Of a stretch of 64,000 bases of DNA, positions 9,270 through 18,063 are shown piece by piece. The first letter of the stretch is position 1. The number at the start of each line of letters is the position of its first letter. Under the pieces are notes generated by a model. It was not told the origin of the DNA, ran no database searches, and saw only the letters and a program-made list of their open reading frames with translations. Position numbers and translations under genes: made by a program. Source of the stretch: Clostridia bacterium (GTDB taxonomy: Bacteria; Bacillota; Clostridia; UMGS1883); assembly GCA_017411435.1 (NCBI GenBank), contig JAFQQD010000041.1, positions 94 to 64,093 on the forward strand. Reading direction: 5' to 3'.

Positions 9270-9572
9270 ACTTCCTCCTGCTTTGGAACATAAAAAAACG
9301 CCCCAAAGAAAACTTAATCCTTGAGACGAGCAATCTACCCGCGGTACCACTCAAATTGCAACGGTTTTCAAACCGCTACCACTTCAGACTCCAACAAGCC
9401 CTATGCACTGACGCAGCACTCTCGGAAAGGGTCTAATAACTTTTTTAAGCTTTCTTCCTTTCAACTCAGGAGCTACAGCATTCTGTTTCACTTTAACACC
9501 TTTCACCGACCGGTGTCTCTCTCAAAAGATTCGCAGATGCACTCTCCATCATCGTTTTTGAATATTTATTAT
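9270..9572 (-). ncRNA. T-box riboswitch leader upstream of the HTH-cupin-AMP-ligase gene
   Basis: Minus-strand RNA contains AAUUUGAGUGGUACCGCGGG (reverse complement of 9338-9357). This matches the T-box consensus AAUUAGGGUGGUACCGCGG with 2 mismatches. It sits ~70 nt before the start codon and is followed by a GC stem plus U7 (…CUUUGGGGCGUUUUUUU), consistent with a terminator/antiterminator. Leader length is ~300 nt from the predicted TSS. The specifier codon is not resolved. Confidence 0.6.
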
Positions 9573-9579
9573 CGTGCAT

Positions 9580-9608
9580 ATAATACCATAAAAAATCCGA
9601 CTTGTCAA
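9580..9608 (-). promoter_or_regulatory. Sigma-70-type promoter driving the T-box leader
   Basis: Minus strand reads TTGACA (reverse complement of 9603-9608), a 17-nt spacer, then TATTAT (reverse complement of 9580-9585). Confidence 0.6.
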
Positions 9609-9629
9609 CTATTTTTTCCGTTAATCCGA

Positions 9630-9664
9630 TGGCTAAAATAAGCACCTCAACCGAGGTGCTTATT
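9630..9664 (-). terminator. Terminator hairpin after the GH3 gene
   Basis: Inverted repeat ataagcacctc/gaggtgcttat just 3' of the gene that ends at 9668, with flanking T/A runs. Confidence 0.55.
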
Positions 9665-9667
9665 TTA

Positions 9668-10861
9668 TTATTTCCACAATCCCTTTTTTATTTTAAGAGC
9701 AAGTATCTTTCTGACACTTTCATTAATTCTTTCTTCTGTGATTTCTCCATTTTTTACTGCATCAACAATGGCCGCGTGTGTTGCTTCAAAATCTGCCGGC
9801 ATAAGAATCATATCAATTCCTGCATTGACGCACATAACACCTATCTGCGCAGGTGTATAAATATTTGACACGGCATTCATCCTGAGCGAATCCGTAATAA
9901 CGATTCCGCCAAACCCAAGCTCTTCTTTGAGCATTTTCTGAATTACCTCTTCAGAGAGTGAGCTTGGAAGCTGTTCTTTTGTTGCATTCATCAGCTTCAT
10001 ATGGGAAATCATTACAAAATCGGCACCTGCATCTATGCCTGCCTTAAAGGGTCTTAGTTCAGTTTTACGAATTTCTTCTATTGTGCGGTTGCTTTCAGTG
10101 GGCTTTTCATGTGAATCGCCTGTTACTGCACCAGCACCCGGGAAATGCTTCAATGTAGCAGACACACCGTTTTCCTCGAGTCCTTTTACAAGATTTTCTA
10201 CCATCAGCGAAACATTTTCCGCATCATATCCAAAAGAGCGGCTTCCTATTTCCGTGTTGTCTTTAATTACAAGAACATCTGCAACGGGAGCAAAGTCAAC
10301 ATTAAATCCTAATTCCTTCAGCTCTTTTCCGAGTGTAACACCTACATCATACGCCTTTTGAGGCTCTTTCGTCTCTCCTATTTCCGCCATTGCAGGATGC
10401 TTTGTCGTTCCCATTTCAGGATTAGCGCCAAGTCTTGATACTAAGCCACCCTCTTCATCAACACTTATAAAAAGCGGAATTTTAGAGTAGCTTTGTGTGT
10501 TTGAAATCATCTCTATAGTCTGCTCACGATTTTTAAGATTGGGCTTAAAATATATTATTCCGCCTACGGGATATTTTTTGATTGCCTCTTTTGTAGCATC
10601 TCCTGCTGAATAAACCTCGCCTACTTTTGTGATGTCCTCGGGCTGAACAAACAGCATCTGATACACTTTTTCCTCAAGCGTCATTTTGCCTAAAATCTCT
10701 TCAACCGCATCATTTGTCGCCTTTTCCTCAACAATTTTTTTAACTTCTTCCTTCTTTTCTGTATAAGGATCCTTTTTTATTTCTTCGGCAGGTTTTTTGA
10801 AGCATCCTGCAAAGGTTACAAGGCTTAAAAGCAAAACAAACGCTAATACTCTTTTCTTCAT
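9668..10861 (-). CDS. Glycoside hydrolase family 3 N-terminal-domain lipoprotein (beta-N-acetylhexosaminidase, NagZ/YbbD-like)
   Basis: Lipobox 'FAGC'. GH3 motifs 'KIPLFISVDEEGGLVSRL' and 'KHFPGAGAVTGDSH'. 397 aa. Confidence 0.75.
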   Translation of the reverse strand: MKKRVLAFVLLLSLVTFAGCFKKPAEEIKKDPYTEKKEEVKKIVEEKATNDAVEEILGKMTLEEKVYQMLFVQPEDITKVGEVYSAGDATKEAIKKYPVGGIIYFKPNLKNREQTIEMISNTQSYSKIPLFISVDEEGGLVSRLGANPEMGTTKHPAMAEIGETKEPQKAYDVGVTLGKELKELGFNVDFAPVADVLVIKDNTEIGSRSFGYDAENVSLMVENLVKGLEENGVSATLKHFPGAGAVTGDSHEKPTESNRTIEEIRKTELRPFKAGIDAGADFVMISHMKLMNATKEQLPSSLSEEVIQKMLKEELGFGGIVITDSLRMNAVSNIYTPAQIGVMCVNAGIDMILMPADFEATHAAIVDAVKNGEITEERINESVRKILALKIKKGLWK

Positions 10862-10863
10862 AA

Positions 10864-11766
10864 CTATTCTTCCTTCTCAATAATAAATGCTATTTTGTTG
10901 CGATAATTGTTTCCGGGATAATCTGCTGATATATCATTAGGAGCATCATTAAAATACCATTTCCCACCACTCTTAAGGGCCATAAGGTATCTTTCTTGCA
11001 CACCCTTATAGCTAAGAGAAGGCTCCCTTCCATTTTTTGTCACGAGCCAGTTTGCATACGGAAGATATTCACTTCCGTCAAGGCAATATACATCGTTCCA
11101 GTCTTCGCCTGTTCTTTTTATGCCCATCCAGAATATAACGAGTCCCTGCTTGTCGGCCTCCGCGCACAATCTGTTAAACTCTTCTTCTGAATTTGCGACA
11201 GCTATATGTCCGCCCTGCTCGCTTGCCAATTCGCGCGCACTTTCCCATGTAACGGGATAATAGGTTTTATACACGCTGTAAGTCTTTACGGGATTTTTTA
11301 CAGGCTTTTCTTTCTCTTCTTCGTATTCTGGTTCATTATTTGTCTGGGTTTCTTCAACCGTTTGGTCATCAGAAGAAGTAAAAATTACACCGTTTGCCTT
11401 CAGAACAATTAAAGATGCCAAAGTAACAACTGCAACGGCTATAATTATAGAAAGGAGTATTATAATGTTCCTGTTAAAGCTGGAGTTTTTCATACGGGAC
11501 CTTTCACTGCACTGAGGGCACAGTTTATATCCATCCGCCACTGAGCAGCCGCATATCATGCAGGATTGACTGCCAGGCTGAGAATAGTCGTCATAAAACT
11601 GCGTATTTTGTGAATTATACTGATAAGCGGTGTTGGGGTAGTTTGACGAATAATTTGAAGATTGTTGTCCCGCACCGTTTCCCTGCTGTACATATCCACA
11701 ATTGGGACAAAACGCGTAGTCTTCCTTTAACACGCTTCCGCAATTTGGGCAATTCATTGCATTCAC
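10864..11766 (-). CDS. Zinc-ribbon / single-TM protein with an extracellular C-type-lectin-like domain
   Basis: Two CxxC zinc-ribbon pairs ('CPNCG...CPNCG', 'CMICG...CPQC'). TM helix 'IIILLSIIIAVAVVTLASLIVL'. C-terminal 'GGHIAVANSEEEFNRL...IFWMGIKR...WNDVYCLDGSEYLPYANW' resembles a CTLD. Confidence 0.55.
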   Translation of the reverse strand: MNAMNCPNCGSVLKEDYAFCPNCGYVQQGNGAGQQSSNYSSNYPNTAYQYNSQNTQFYDDYSQPGSQSCMICGCSVADGYKLCPQCSERSRMKNSSFNRNIIILLSIIIAVAVVTLASLIVLKANGVIFTSSDDQTVEETQTNNEPEYEEEKEKPVKNPVKTYSVYKTYYPVTWESARELASEQGGHIAVANSEEEFNRLCAEADKQGLVIFWMGIKRTGEDWNDVYCLDGSEYLPYANWLVTKNGREPSLSYKGVQERYLMALKSGGKWYFNDAPNDISADYPGNNYRNKIAFIIEKEE

Positions 11767-11926
11767 TCCTAGAACCTGAAATATATTTACATTATATCCC
11801 TCTTTTTAATGCCTGTCAATATCTGACATTTAACGGCAAATGACAGCATAGAAATTATTGACACCGACCTTCATTTATGATATAAATTATATATAGGTAT
11901 AATTCACAATAGAAAGGATTTGGAGT

Positions 11927-12976
11927 ATGAAAAGGTTACTTGCCGTTTTCATAGTAATACTGTTTACACTCTCATCTGCTGTGACATTCGCAAATACAGA
12001 CACGCTTGTTAATATTGCTGTAAACGGGAATCTCATTTATTTTACAAATACCCCGTTTATTCGTAATGGAGTTACCTATGTTGATGCAAAGGCTCTCTGC
12101 GATAAGCTGTCCCTTTCTTATGTATCGTATACCCCGCATGACAGCATTGTGATAAGCAGCGCACGCGCATCATTGTGCCTTTCTCCTCTTGCTGAATATG
12201 CAACGGTTTCTGATTTGAGCGGTTCTAACGATGCTGAGTTTATTTTCAGAAAAATGACGGCTCCTGCCTTTTATGAAGGTAATACTCTTTATGTTGCAGC
12301 AAGAGATATCGCATCGGTATTCGGTTATTCGCTCTCATATAACAGTGCTACTGCTACTGTATATTTTGGATATGCTCCTGAAATAATATCAGCAGAAACT
12401 TCTCAGAGAATTTCGGAACTTTCTTATTATTTCCAGAACCAGACTGAATTTAATCTTCCCTCTTTCGGTAGTGGATACTGTTGGACATGCTCTTACGCTA
12501 TGCTTATTACGAATGCTACGGGAAAAAGAATCACTCCCAATGATGTAGCAGCAGTAAATATGTCAAAAGGTGCAAACGGAAATTACTGTTATCACAGCGA
12601 TATAGTGCGCACCTTCGGTGTTAAGTTTGTTTCTGCTCTATCCGAAACAAGTCCATACTATGCAGGAAGAGACGGTGTATCAGGCGGTACATATATAAAT
12701 AATCCTGCCAAGGATGATAATGTTGTCCGCGCTGCTCTTCGTGAAGCACTTACGCTTCATCCTGAAGGTGTGTTGGTAAGATATGCGGCATTTCCGCATA
12801 CAATGGTTGCAGTCGCTTCTGAGGGCGAGATAATACTTTTTAACGACCCTGCTCCGTCAAAAAGCAACGCTTATTCAGGCACCGGAAGATACCAGGGTGT
12901 GCCTTTCTCTAAAACATGTGTAGGAGCTAAGGGATTCAAGCTTTCTGATATAACATTCATTCAGGCAATAGATTAA
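11927..12976 (+). CDS. Secreted protein: Cu-amine-oxidase-N1-like (stalk) repeats + C39-like cysteine-peptidase-like domain
   Basis: Signal peptide 'MKRLLAVFIVILFTLSSAVTFA'. 'NGVTYVDAKALCDKL' and 'GNTLYVAARDIASVFGY' Cu_amine_oxidN1-type repeats. 'GYCWTCSYAMLITNATGKRITPNDV' resembles Peptidase_C39_2. Confidence 0.55.
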   Translation: MKRLLAVFIVILFTLSSAVTFANTDTLVNIAVNGNLIYFTNTPFIRNGVTYVDAKALCDKLSLSYVSYTPHDSIVISSARASLCLSPLAEYATVSDLSGSNDAEFIFRKMTAPAFYEGNTLYVAARDIASVFGYSLSYNSATATVYFGYAPEIISAETSQRISELSYYFQNQTEFNLPSFGSGYCWTCSYAMLITNATGKRITPNDVAAVNMSKGANGNYCYHSDIVRTFGVKFVSALSETSPYYAGRDGVSGGTYINNPAKDDNVVRAALREALTLHPEGVLVRYAAFPHTMVAVASEGEIILFNDPAPSKSNAYSGTGRYQGVPFSKTCVGAKGFKLSDITFIQAID

Positions 12977-12999
12977 AATTAAAGGAATCTGCGTTTGAT

Positions 13000-13045
13000 A
13001 TACCCTCCAAAAGTGTCTAACTTTTGGAGGGTATATGATTTTTTT
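13000..13045 (+). terminator. Rho-independent terminator
   Basis: ataccctccaaaag...cttttggagggtat hairpin followed by a T7 run. Confidence 0.75.
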
Positions 13046-13140
13046 GAAAAAATTTTGTAGATTTGAAAAAAAAATGTGTACATATAAAAAATTTTGTGTT
13101 AGAATATTACAGTAGATTTAACAAAAAAGGAGTTTTTAAT

Positions 13141-13824
13141 ATGGAAATGATTTATCAGGGAAAAACAAAAGATGTGTACAAGCTTGAAAACGGCAATGTT
13201 CTCCTTAAGTTCAAGGACGACTGCACAGGTAAAGATGGCGTATTTGATCCTGGAGAAAACTCCGTTGGTCTCACAATTGAAGGTATCGGAAAGGCTAATC
13301 TTCAGTCATCTGTTCATTACTTTGAGCTTCTCAAAAAAGCAGGTATCAAGACTCACTATGTAAGTGCTAATCTTGAAGACGCTACAATGGAAGTTCTTCC
13401 TGCAACAGTGTTCGGTCACGGTCTTGAAGTTATTTGCCGCCTTGTTGCAACAGGCAGCTTTATCCGCAGATACGGCGAATATATTGAAGACGGTACAGTT
13501 CTTGAGGGTGGCTATGTTGAATGTACATTCAAAAATGATGAAAAGGGCGATCCCCTTGTAACAGGCGAAGGTCTTGCAGCGCTTGGCGTTATGTCTCCTG
13601 AAATGTTTGAAAGCATGAAGAAGCAGACACTTGCAATCACAAAGATTGTTGCTGACGACCTTAAAACACTTGGTCTTGACCTTTGGGATATCAAATTTGA
13701 ATTCGGTTACAACAATGATGAAGTTATTCTTATTGACGAAATTGCTTCAGGTAATATGAGAGTTTACAAGGACGGCAAGATTGTTGAGCCTGTAGAACTT
13801 ACAAAGCTCATCAACAACAGATAA
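13141..13824 (+). CDS. purC: Phosphoribosylaminoimidazole-succinocarboxamide (SAICAR) synthase
   Basis: '[16 protein letters not shown]...LLKFKDD' PurC N-terminus. AAAAGGAG RBS lies 7 nt before the ATG at 13141. The ORF track's 13063 start looks like an over-extension. Confidence 0.85.
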   Translation: MEMIYQGKTKDVYKLENGNVLLKFKDDCTGKDGVFDPGENSVGLTIEGIGKANLQSSVHYFELLKKAGIKTHYVSANLEDATMEVLPATVFGHGLEVICRLVATGSFIRRYGEYIEDGTVLEGGYVECTFKNDEKGDPLVTGEGLAALGVMSPEMFESMKKQTLAITKIVADDLKTLGLDLWDIKFEFGYNNDEVILIDEIASGNMRVYKDGKIVEPVELTKLINNR

Positions 13825-13837
13825 TTAAAGCTATTAG

Positions 13838-13875
13838 AAAAAATGGTGGAATACTTTCGTATTCCACCATTTTTA
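13838..13875 (+). terminator. Bidirectional terminator between purC and the convergent oxidoreductase gene
   Basis: aaaaaatggtggaatac...gtattccaccattttt palindrome flanked by A and T runs. Confidence 0.7.
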
Positions 13876-13888
13876 TGTAGTATTAATA

Positions 13889-14929
13889 TTAAAATGTGAC
13901 ATATGCCTTTGTGTCATTACTTACATATGATGCCTCAATAACCTTCTGCGACATAATCGCATCAAGAGCAGTTACAGGGATTTCACATTCGCCCTTTATG
14001 GCTCTGCCGAAAGCCTCGATTTCCTTGGCATACATATTTCCAAGCTCAACATCCATCTTCAGAGGCTTTACTTCTCCTCTGTTCTGACCTGCATCATACT
14101 CTGCACTGTCATCTGCACAAAGGACTTCAACCTCTCCGCCCTCAATTTGGGAAATTGTACCCTGTGCAAAGATGCTTCCCTTTGTTCCGTAGAACTCAAT
14201 TTTACACTTCGCTGCTGCATCGGGAATGTTGAAATTTGCATCAACATAAGCGGTTGCACCGTTACTCAGTCTGAAGATTACACATCCCGCATCCTCAACA
14301 CTGTAATTAAAAATCTGATTTCCTTTGAAGCCTGCTGCTTCTGTAACCTCAAGTCCTGTAATGTAACGAATGAGGTCAACACAGTGCACACCCATATCCA
14401 TCATTGCACCGCCACCTGAAAGCTTCATTTCCTGTCTCCAGGAATTCGCCATTTCGGGATACCAACAGGTAAGCTGTGCCCTTGCAGAAACGATTTCGCC
14501 TATTTTACCGGATTTGATAATCTCACGCATTTTCTGATGATATGCGTGGAAACGCATCATAAAGCCTACGCCGAGCTTTACACCCTTTTCTTCACAGTAT
14601 GAGGCAATTTCCTGCGCTTCATCTGAGGTAATACCTACGGGTTTTTCAATCAGAATATGCTTTTTTGCATCCGCAGCAGCCATTGCCTGCTGCTTATGAC
14701 AGAATACGGGCGAGGCGATGTAAACAGCCTCTATCTCAGGAATTGCGAGAAGCTCTTCTATGTTATCAAAAGCATATTTTGCGTTATACTTGTCACGGCA
14801 GCGCTGCGCAGCCTCAAAATTTGCATCCATTACTGCAACAAGCTCGACATTATCCAAAAGCATCATGCCCGGCAGAGTCCTGCGGTCCGCAATACCTCCG
14901 CAACCTATAACGCCCCATTTAACCTTCAT
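13889..14929 (-). CDS. Gfo/Idh/MocA-family NAD(P)-dependent oxidoreductase
   Basis: 'MKVKWGVIGCGGIA' Rossmann start, with an AAGGTG RBS before this ATG. C-terminal Gfo/Idh/MocA alpha/beta domain. Confidence 0.8.
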   Translation of the reverse strand: MKVKWGVIGCGGIADRRTLPGMMLLDNVELVAVMDANFEAAQRCRDKYNAKYAFDNIEELLAIPEIEAVYIASPVFCHKQQAMAAADAKKHILIEKPVGITSDEAQEIASYCEEKGVKLGVGFMMRFHAYHQKMREIIKSGKIGEIVSARAQLTCWYPEMANSWRQEMKLSGGGAMMDMGVHCVDLIRYITGLEVTEAAGFKGNQIFNYSVEDAGCVIFRLSNGATAYVDANFNIPDAAAKCKIEFYGTKGSIFAQGTISQIEGGEVEVLCADDSAEYDAGQNRGEVKPLKMDVELGNMYAKEIEAFGRAIKGECEIPVTALDAIMSQKVIEASYVSNDTKAYVTF

Positions 14930-14933
14930 ATTT

Positions 14934-15731
14934 TCACCTTCTTCGATTTTTTTCAAGTAAATTTACATAATCTACTAAATTATCAATAATTTCACTACAG
15001 ATCTTTTCACCTATTTCCCGTGTAGCTTTATGAGGAAGTCCCATAACGCCCACTTTAATTTCTTCCCTCTGGCCCACTTTTTCAACCATAAATGGACTGT
15101 CTATGTGTTTTTCCCTTTTTTCAAACCAATCCTGGTCGGTACGCATCATGCGGGAAACATACTCATCGTCCATCACGATTTCATCGCGGACAAGCTCACT
15201 TTTCCAGTACATCATAAGACCTGTTTCCATCATTCCTGCATGGAAATCATGCTCCGGCTCCATAGAAAAACCGCTAAGCCATGTGGGAGACAAATTCCAT
15301 GCCTCCATCAGGGAAATAGTTGCTTTTTCGTGCATATCAGGGCTGCGGCGAAGAAGCATCTGTAAGCTGTTTTTCAGCGCATTCAGATTATCTGTTCCTG
15401 CATGTCCTAAAAACACAATAATATTTTCAAAACCCATACGGATAAATTCAGAGCAAATCTCTGAAATATAAAGTCCGAATGTATTAGGGCTAACATTTAC
15501 TGTGCCAAGAAGTTCCCCGCCTGAAAAGCAGTAATTTACAGAAGGAGCCACGACAGCATTAAGCCTTTCTCCTGCTATTTCAAGCGGCTTTGTTGCATTG
15601 AAAATATCCGTGGAGAGCGGTAAATGGTAACCGTGCTGCTCCACGACACCGGTAGGGATAATTACGGTTTTTGTCTTTTTTATTGCTTCTTCCATATCCC
15701 GTACGGTCATTTGTTCCATATAATAAGCCAT
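14934..15731 (-). CDS. Creatininase-family amidohydrolase
   Basis: 'VIIPTGVVEQHGYHLPLSTD' creatinine-amidohydrolase-family motif. 4-nt gap to the next gene, suggesting an operon. Confidence 0.7.
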   Translation of the reverse strand: MAYYMEQMTVRDMEEAIKKTKTVIIPTGVVEQHGYHLPLSTDIFNATKPLEIAGERLNAVVAPSVNYCFSGGELLGTVNVSPNTFGLYISEICSEFIRMGFENIIVFLGHAGTDNLNALKNSLQMLLRRSPDMHEKATISLMEAWNLSPTWLSGFSMEPEHDFHAGMMETGLMMYWKSELVRDEIVMDDEYVSRMMRTDQDWFEKREKHIDSPFMVEKVGQREEIKVGVMGLPHKATREIGEKICSEIIDNLVDYVNLLEKNRRR

Positions 15732-15791
15732 ACTTATTCTCCTTATTAAGCCGAAATTTCACCGATTAATTCAGGTTCGGGTTGTTTATTT

Positions 15792-17099
15792 TCAGTTACC
15801 TGCCTGCATTTCAGCAACAGATTCCAGTACAGCATCTGCCATATATTCAAGTTGTTCATCAGAAAGGCCGTAAAGAGGAAGATGTGTAAATCTTCTGTAG
15901 AACACTTCCTCACAGTTGGGACATGTTTTTGCGATTTCGTCCGAATCATAGCCCATATCCTGCACAACCTTAAATCTGTAAAGAGGTCCGAAGTGTGCAA
16001 TCTGTGTTACGCCCTTTTCTTCAAGTTTTTTCTTGAGAATCTGTACATCTCCGCCGGCTTTAGCGGGGTCAATCTGAAGAAGATATAAATGGAATGTGGG
16101 CTTGATTTCTTCATTTCCAAGGTCCTGCGGAATGATTGCATCGTTTTCTTTGAAACGGTTTGTGAGATATTCTGCTGCTTTTCTTCTCTTTGCAATGATT
16201 TCCTCATTTCTCTCTACCTGAAGTGTAAGTCCGAGACCCTGGATTTCAGTAGTAGAGTAGTTACCTGCAACAAAAGGCTTTTCTTTACCCTGGATGGGAG
16301 TAATATTATAAAGCCAGTCTTTGATGGGGCAGCTAAAGTCCATACCCAGGAAGCGTGCTCTCTTCATTTCTTCTCCAAAACCGGGAATGTTTGTTGTGGC
16401 AATACCGCCTTCACCAAATGATGTGATATTTTTAACCTCGTGCATTGAAAATGCCGCAAAGTCACCGATTGTACCGATTTTTCTGCCTTTATACATAGCG
16501 CCAAATGCGTGAGCAGCATCTTCAAGCACAATAATATCGTGTTTCTTTGCAAGTTCCATAATAGGGTCAAGGTCAACGGGATAACCGCCTATATGTACGG
16601 GAACAATCATCTTTGTCTTATCTGTTATTTTTCTTGCAACATCTGCAGGGTCCATATTGATAGTTTTGGGGTCAACATCTGCAAAAACAAGCTTTGCACC
16701 TACTGCCAGAGGATATGCCATTGTTGCAACGAATGTTATTGCCGGAACAATAACTTCATCTCCCTCTTTAAGATTTGCATATTTATATGCAATCTCAAAA
16801 CCTGCAGTAGCGTTTGTTACAAAGGTTGATGTTGTTGTACCAAGATACTCGTTACAAGCCTTTTCTGCCGCTTCTACCTTGCTTCCGAGAGAAAGTTTTC
16901 CCGGAGGTGTAGCAAGCGCATCAAGCTTTTTAACCTGCTCCCATACTGCGCAAAGAGCATCGTCATATTCCTTTCCTTCGCCCTGCATAAGAAATCTAAT
17001 GATTTCCATAAGGTCGTGTGCGTTGTAGTTTTCACCTACTGCTGCCCAAGGCACTCTTGTAGCACCTGTGTTATATCTGAAGTCTGTTGATTTTCCCAT
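15792..17099 (-). CDS. DegT/DnrJ/EryC1/StrS-family PLP-dependent sugar aminotransferase
   Basis: Fold-type-I aminotransferase with 'DVARKITDKTKMIVPVHIGGYPVDLDPI' and 'LEDAAHAFGAMYKGRKIGTIGDFAAFSMHEVKNIT' (PLP lysine region). Confidence 0.7.
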   Translation of the reverse strand: MGKSTDFRYNTGATRVPWAAVGENYNAHDLMEIIRFLMQGEGKEYDDALCAVWEQVKKLDALATPPGKLSLGSKVEAAEKACNEYLGTTTSTFVTNATAGFEIAYKYANLKEGDEVIVPAITFVATMAYPLAVGAKLVFADVDPKTINMDPADVARKITDKTKMIVPVHIGGYPVDLDPIMELAKKHDIIVLEDAAHAFGAMYKGRKIGTIGDFAAFSMHEVKNITSFGEGGIATTNIPGFGEEMKRARFLGMDFSCPIKDWLYNITPIQGKEKPFVAGNYSTTEIQGLGLTLQVERNEEIIAKRRKAAEYLTNRFKENDAIIPQDLGNEEIKPTFHLYLLQIDPAKAGGDVQILKKKLEEKGVTQIAHFGPLYRFKVVQDMGYDSDEIAKTCPNCEEVFYRRFTHLPLYGLSDEQLEYMADAVLESVAEMQAGN

Positions 17100-17122
17100 T
17101 TTTATCTCTCCTTTATATTATT

Positions 17123-18046
17123 TTAATGCGGTAAATCTTCCGCAAAAATAAATTCAAATCCGTTCTCTTTCATTATTTTGCCCATTGCATAAATCTCTTC
17201 TGCATAATATGGCTGATAAGCATAATAGTCAGAATAAAAATATTGCTCATGTGTGGCTAAAGCCAAAAATTCCTGCTTGGCAAATTTAGAAATTTCTTCC
17301 TCCAATATTTCAATAGGAGTAAGGTTAAGCACCACCTGTGCAGCCGACATATAATTCATACCGGTTTCCTGGTCCTTGTAGGTCTTGTATTTTCCAAGAC
17401 AAGACTTATACGCCTCCTCCGGAATGTGGTTGTACGAACAAAGTGCATTTGCAATCGCTGTATCCCGGGTTACTTTTCTATATATTCCGCTCTCTTTTTT
17501 TCTGTTGTGTAATAGTCTGAAGGAATGTCCATAAGGAAGGGATGCTTCACTTTCTTCAAAGTCAACACGCTTGCCGTATGTAGCATAGGATACCCTGACA
17601 CCGTTGTCGTACAATGCCTTTATACCCTCTCGGCTCATAGGTGCCCAGTGAGGAAGCGCACACATCGCAAAACTTTTCTCACCTGCAAAACGAATTACCT
17701 CATTTCGGATAAGATTAAAGTTGTTATTTACAAGAGAGTAATCTGCATTTATGTACGGATAATCAGGCCATTCTTCTTTTGAATGAAAACCTATTCTGAG
17801 CCAATCAGAGGCTTCTTCCCATTCTTTTTTGTAGACATCTGTCATATCGCTGAGCGAAAACTCGTCATCGCCGTACCAGAATGAAGTTTTGTAAAACGCA
17901 TTAAGCTGAGTTTTTACCCCGTACTCATCATGCGCTTTTTTCAGCATCGCCATATATTCATTATCAAAAAGCGATGCAGGTTTTTCGCGTGTTAAATCTC
18001 TGAACACCCACAAAACATCATCAATGAAAAATGTAGCCTTTTTCAT
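17123..18046 (-). CDS. Hypothetical protein (possible carbohydrate deacetylase/esterase-like fold)
   Basis: ORF with an AGGAGG RBS 9 nt before the 'MKKATFF' start. No confident family recognised. Confidence 0.4.
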   Translation of the reverse strand: MKKATFFIDDVLWVFRDLTREKPASLFDNEYMAMLKKAHDEYGVKTQLNAFYKTSFWYGDDEFSLSDMTDVYKKEWEEASDWLRIGFHSKEEWPDYPYINADYSLVNNNFNLIRNEVIRFAGEKSFAMCALPHWAPMSREGIKALYDNGVRVSYATYGKRVDFEESEASLPYGHSFRLLHNRKKESGIYRKVTRDTAIANALCSYNHIPEEAYKSCLGKYKTYKDQETGMNYMSAAQVVLNLTPIEILEEEISKFAKQEFLALATHEQYFYSDYYAYQPYYAEEIYAMGKIMKENGFEFIFAEDLPH

Positions 18047-18063
18047 AAACTTTTCCTCCTGTA

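Noticed and set aside
10864-11766. Diversity-generating retroelement target (C-type lectin fold)
   Set aside because: No reverse transcriptase, template repeat or IMH-like element is visible anywhere in the window. The CTLD alone is insufficient evidence.
12977-13140. Purine riboswitch or PurBox upstream of purC
   Set aside because: The leader is only ~90 nt after the upstream terminator. No guanine-riboswitch junction motifs or PurR box were recognised.
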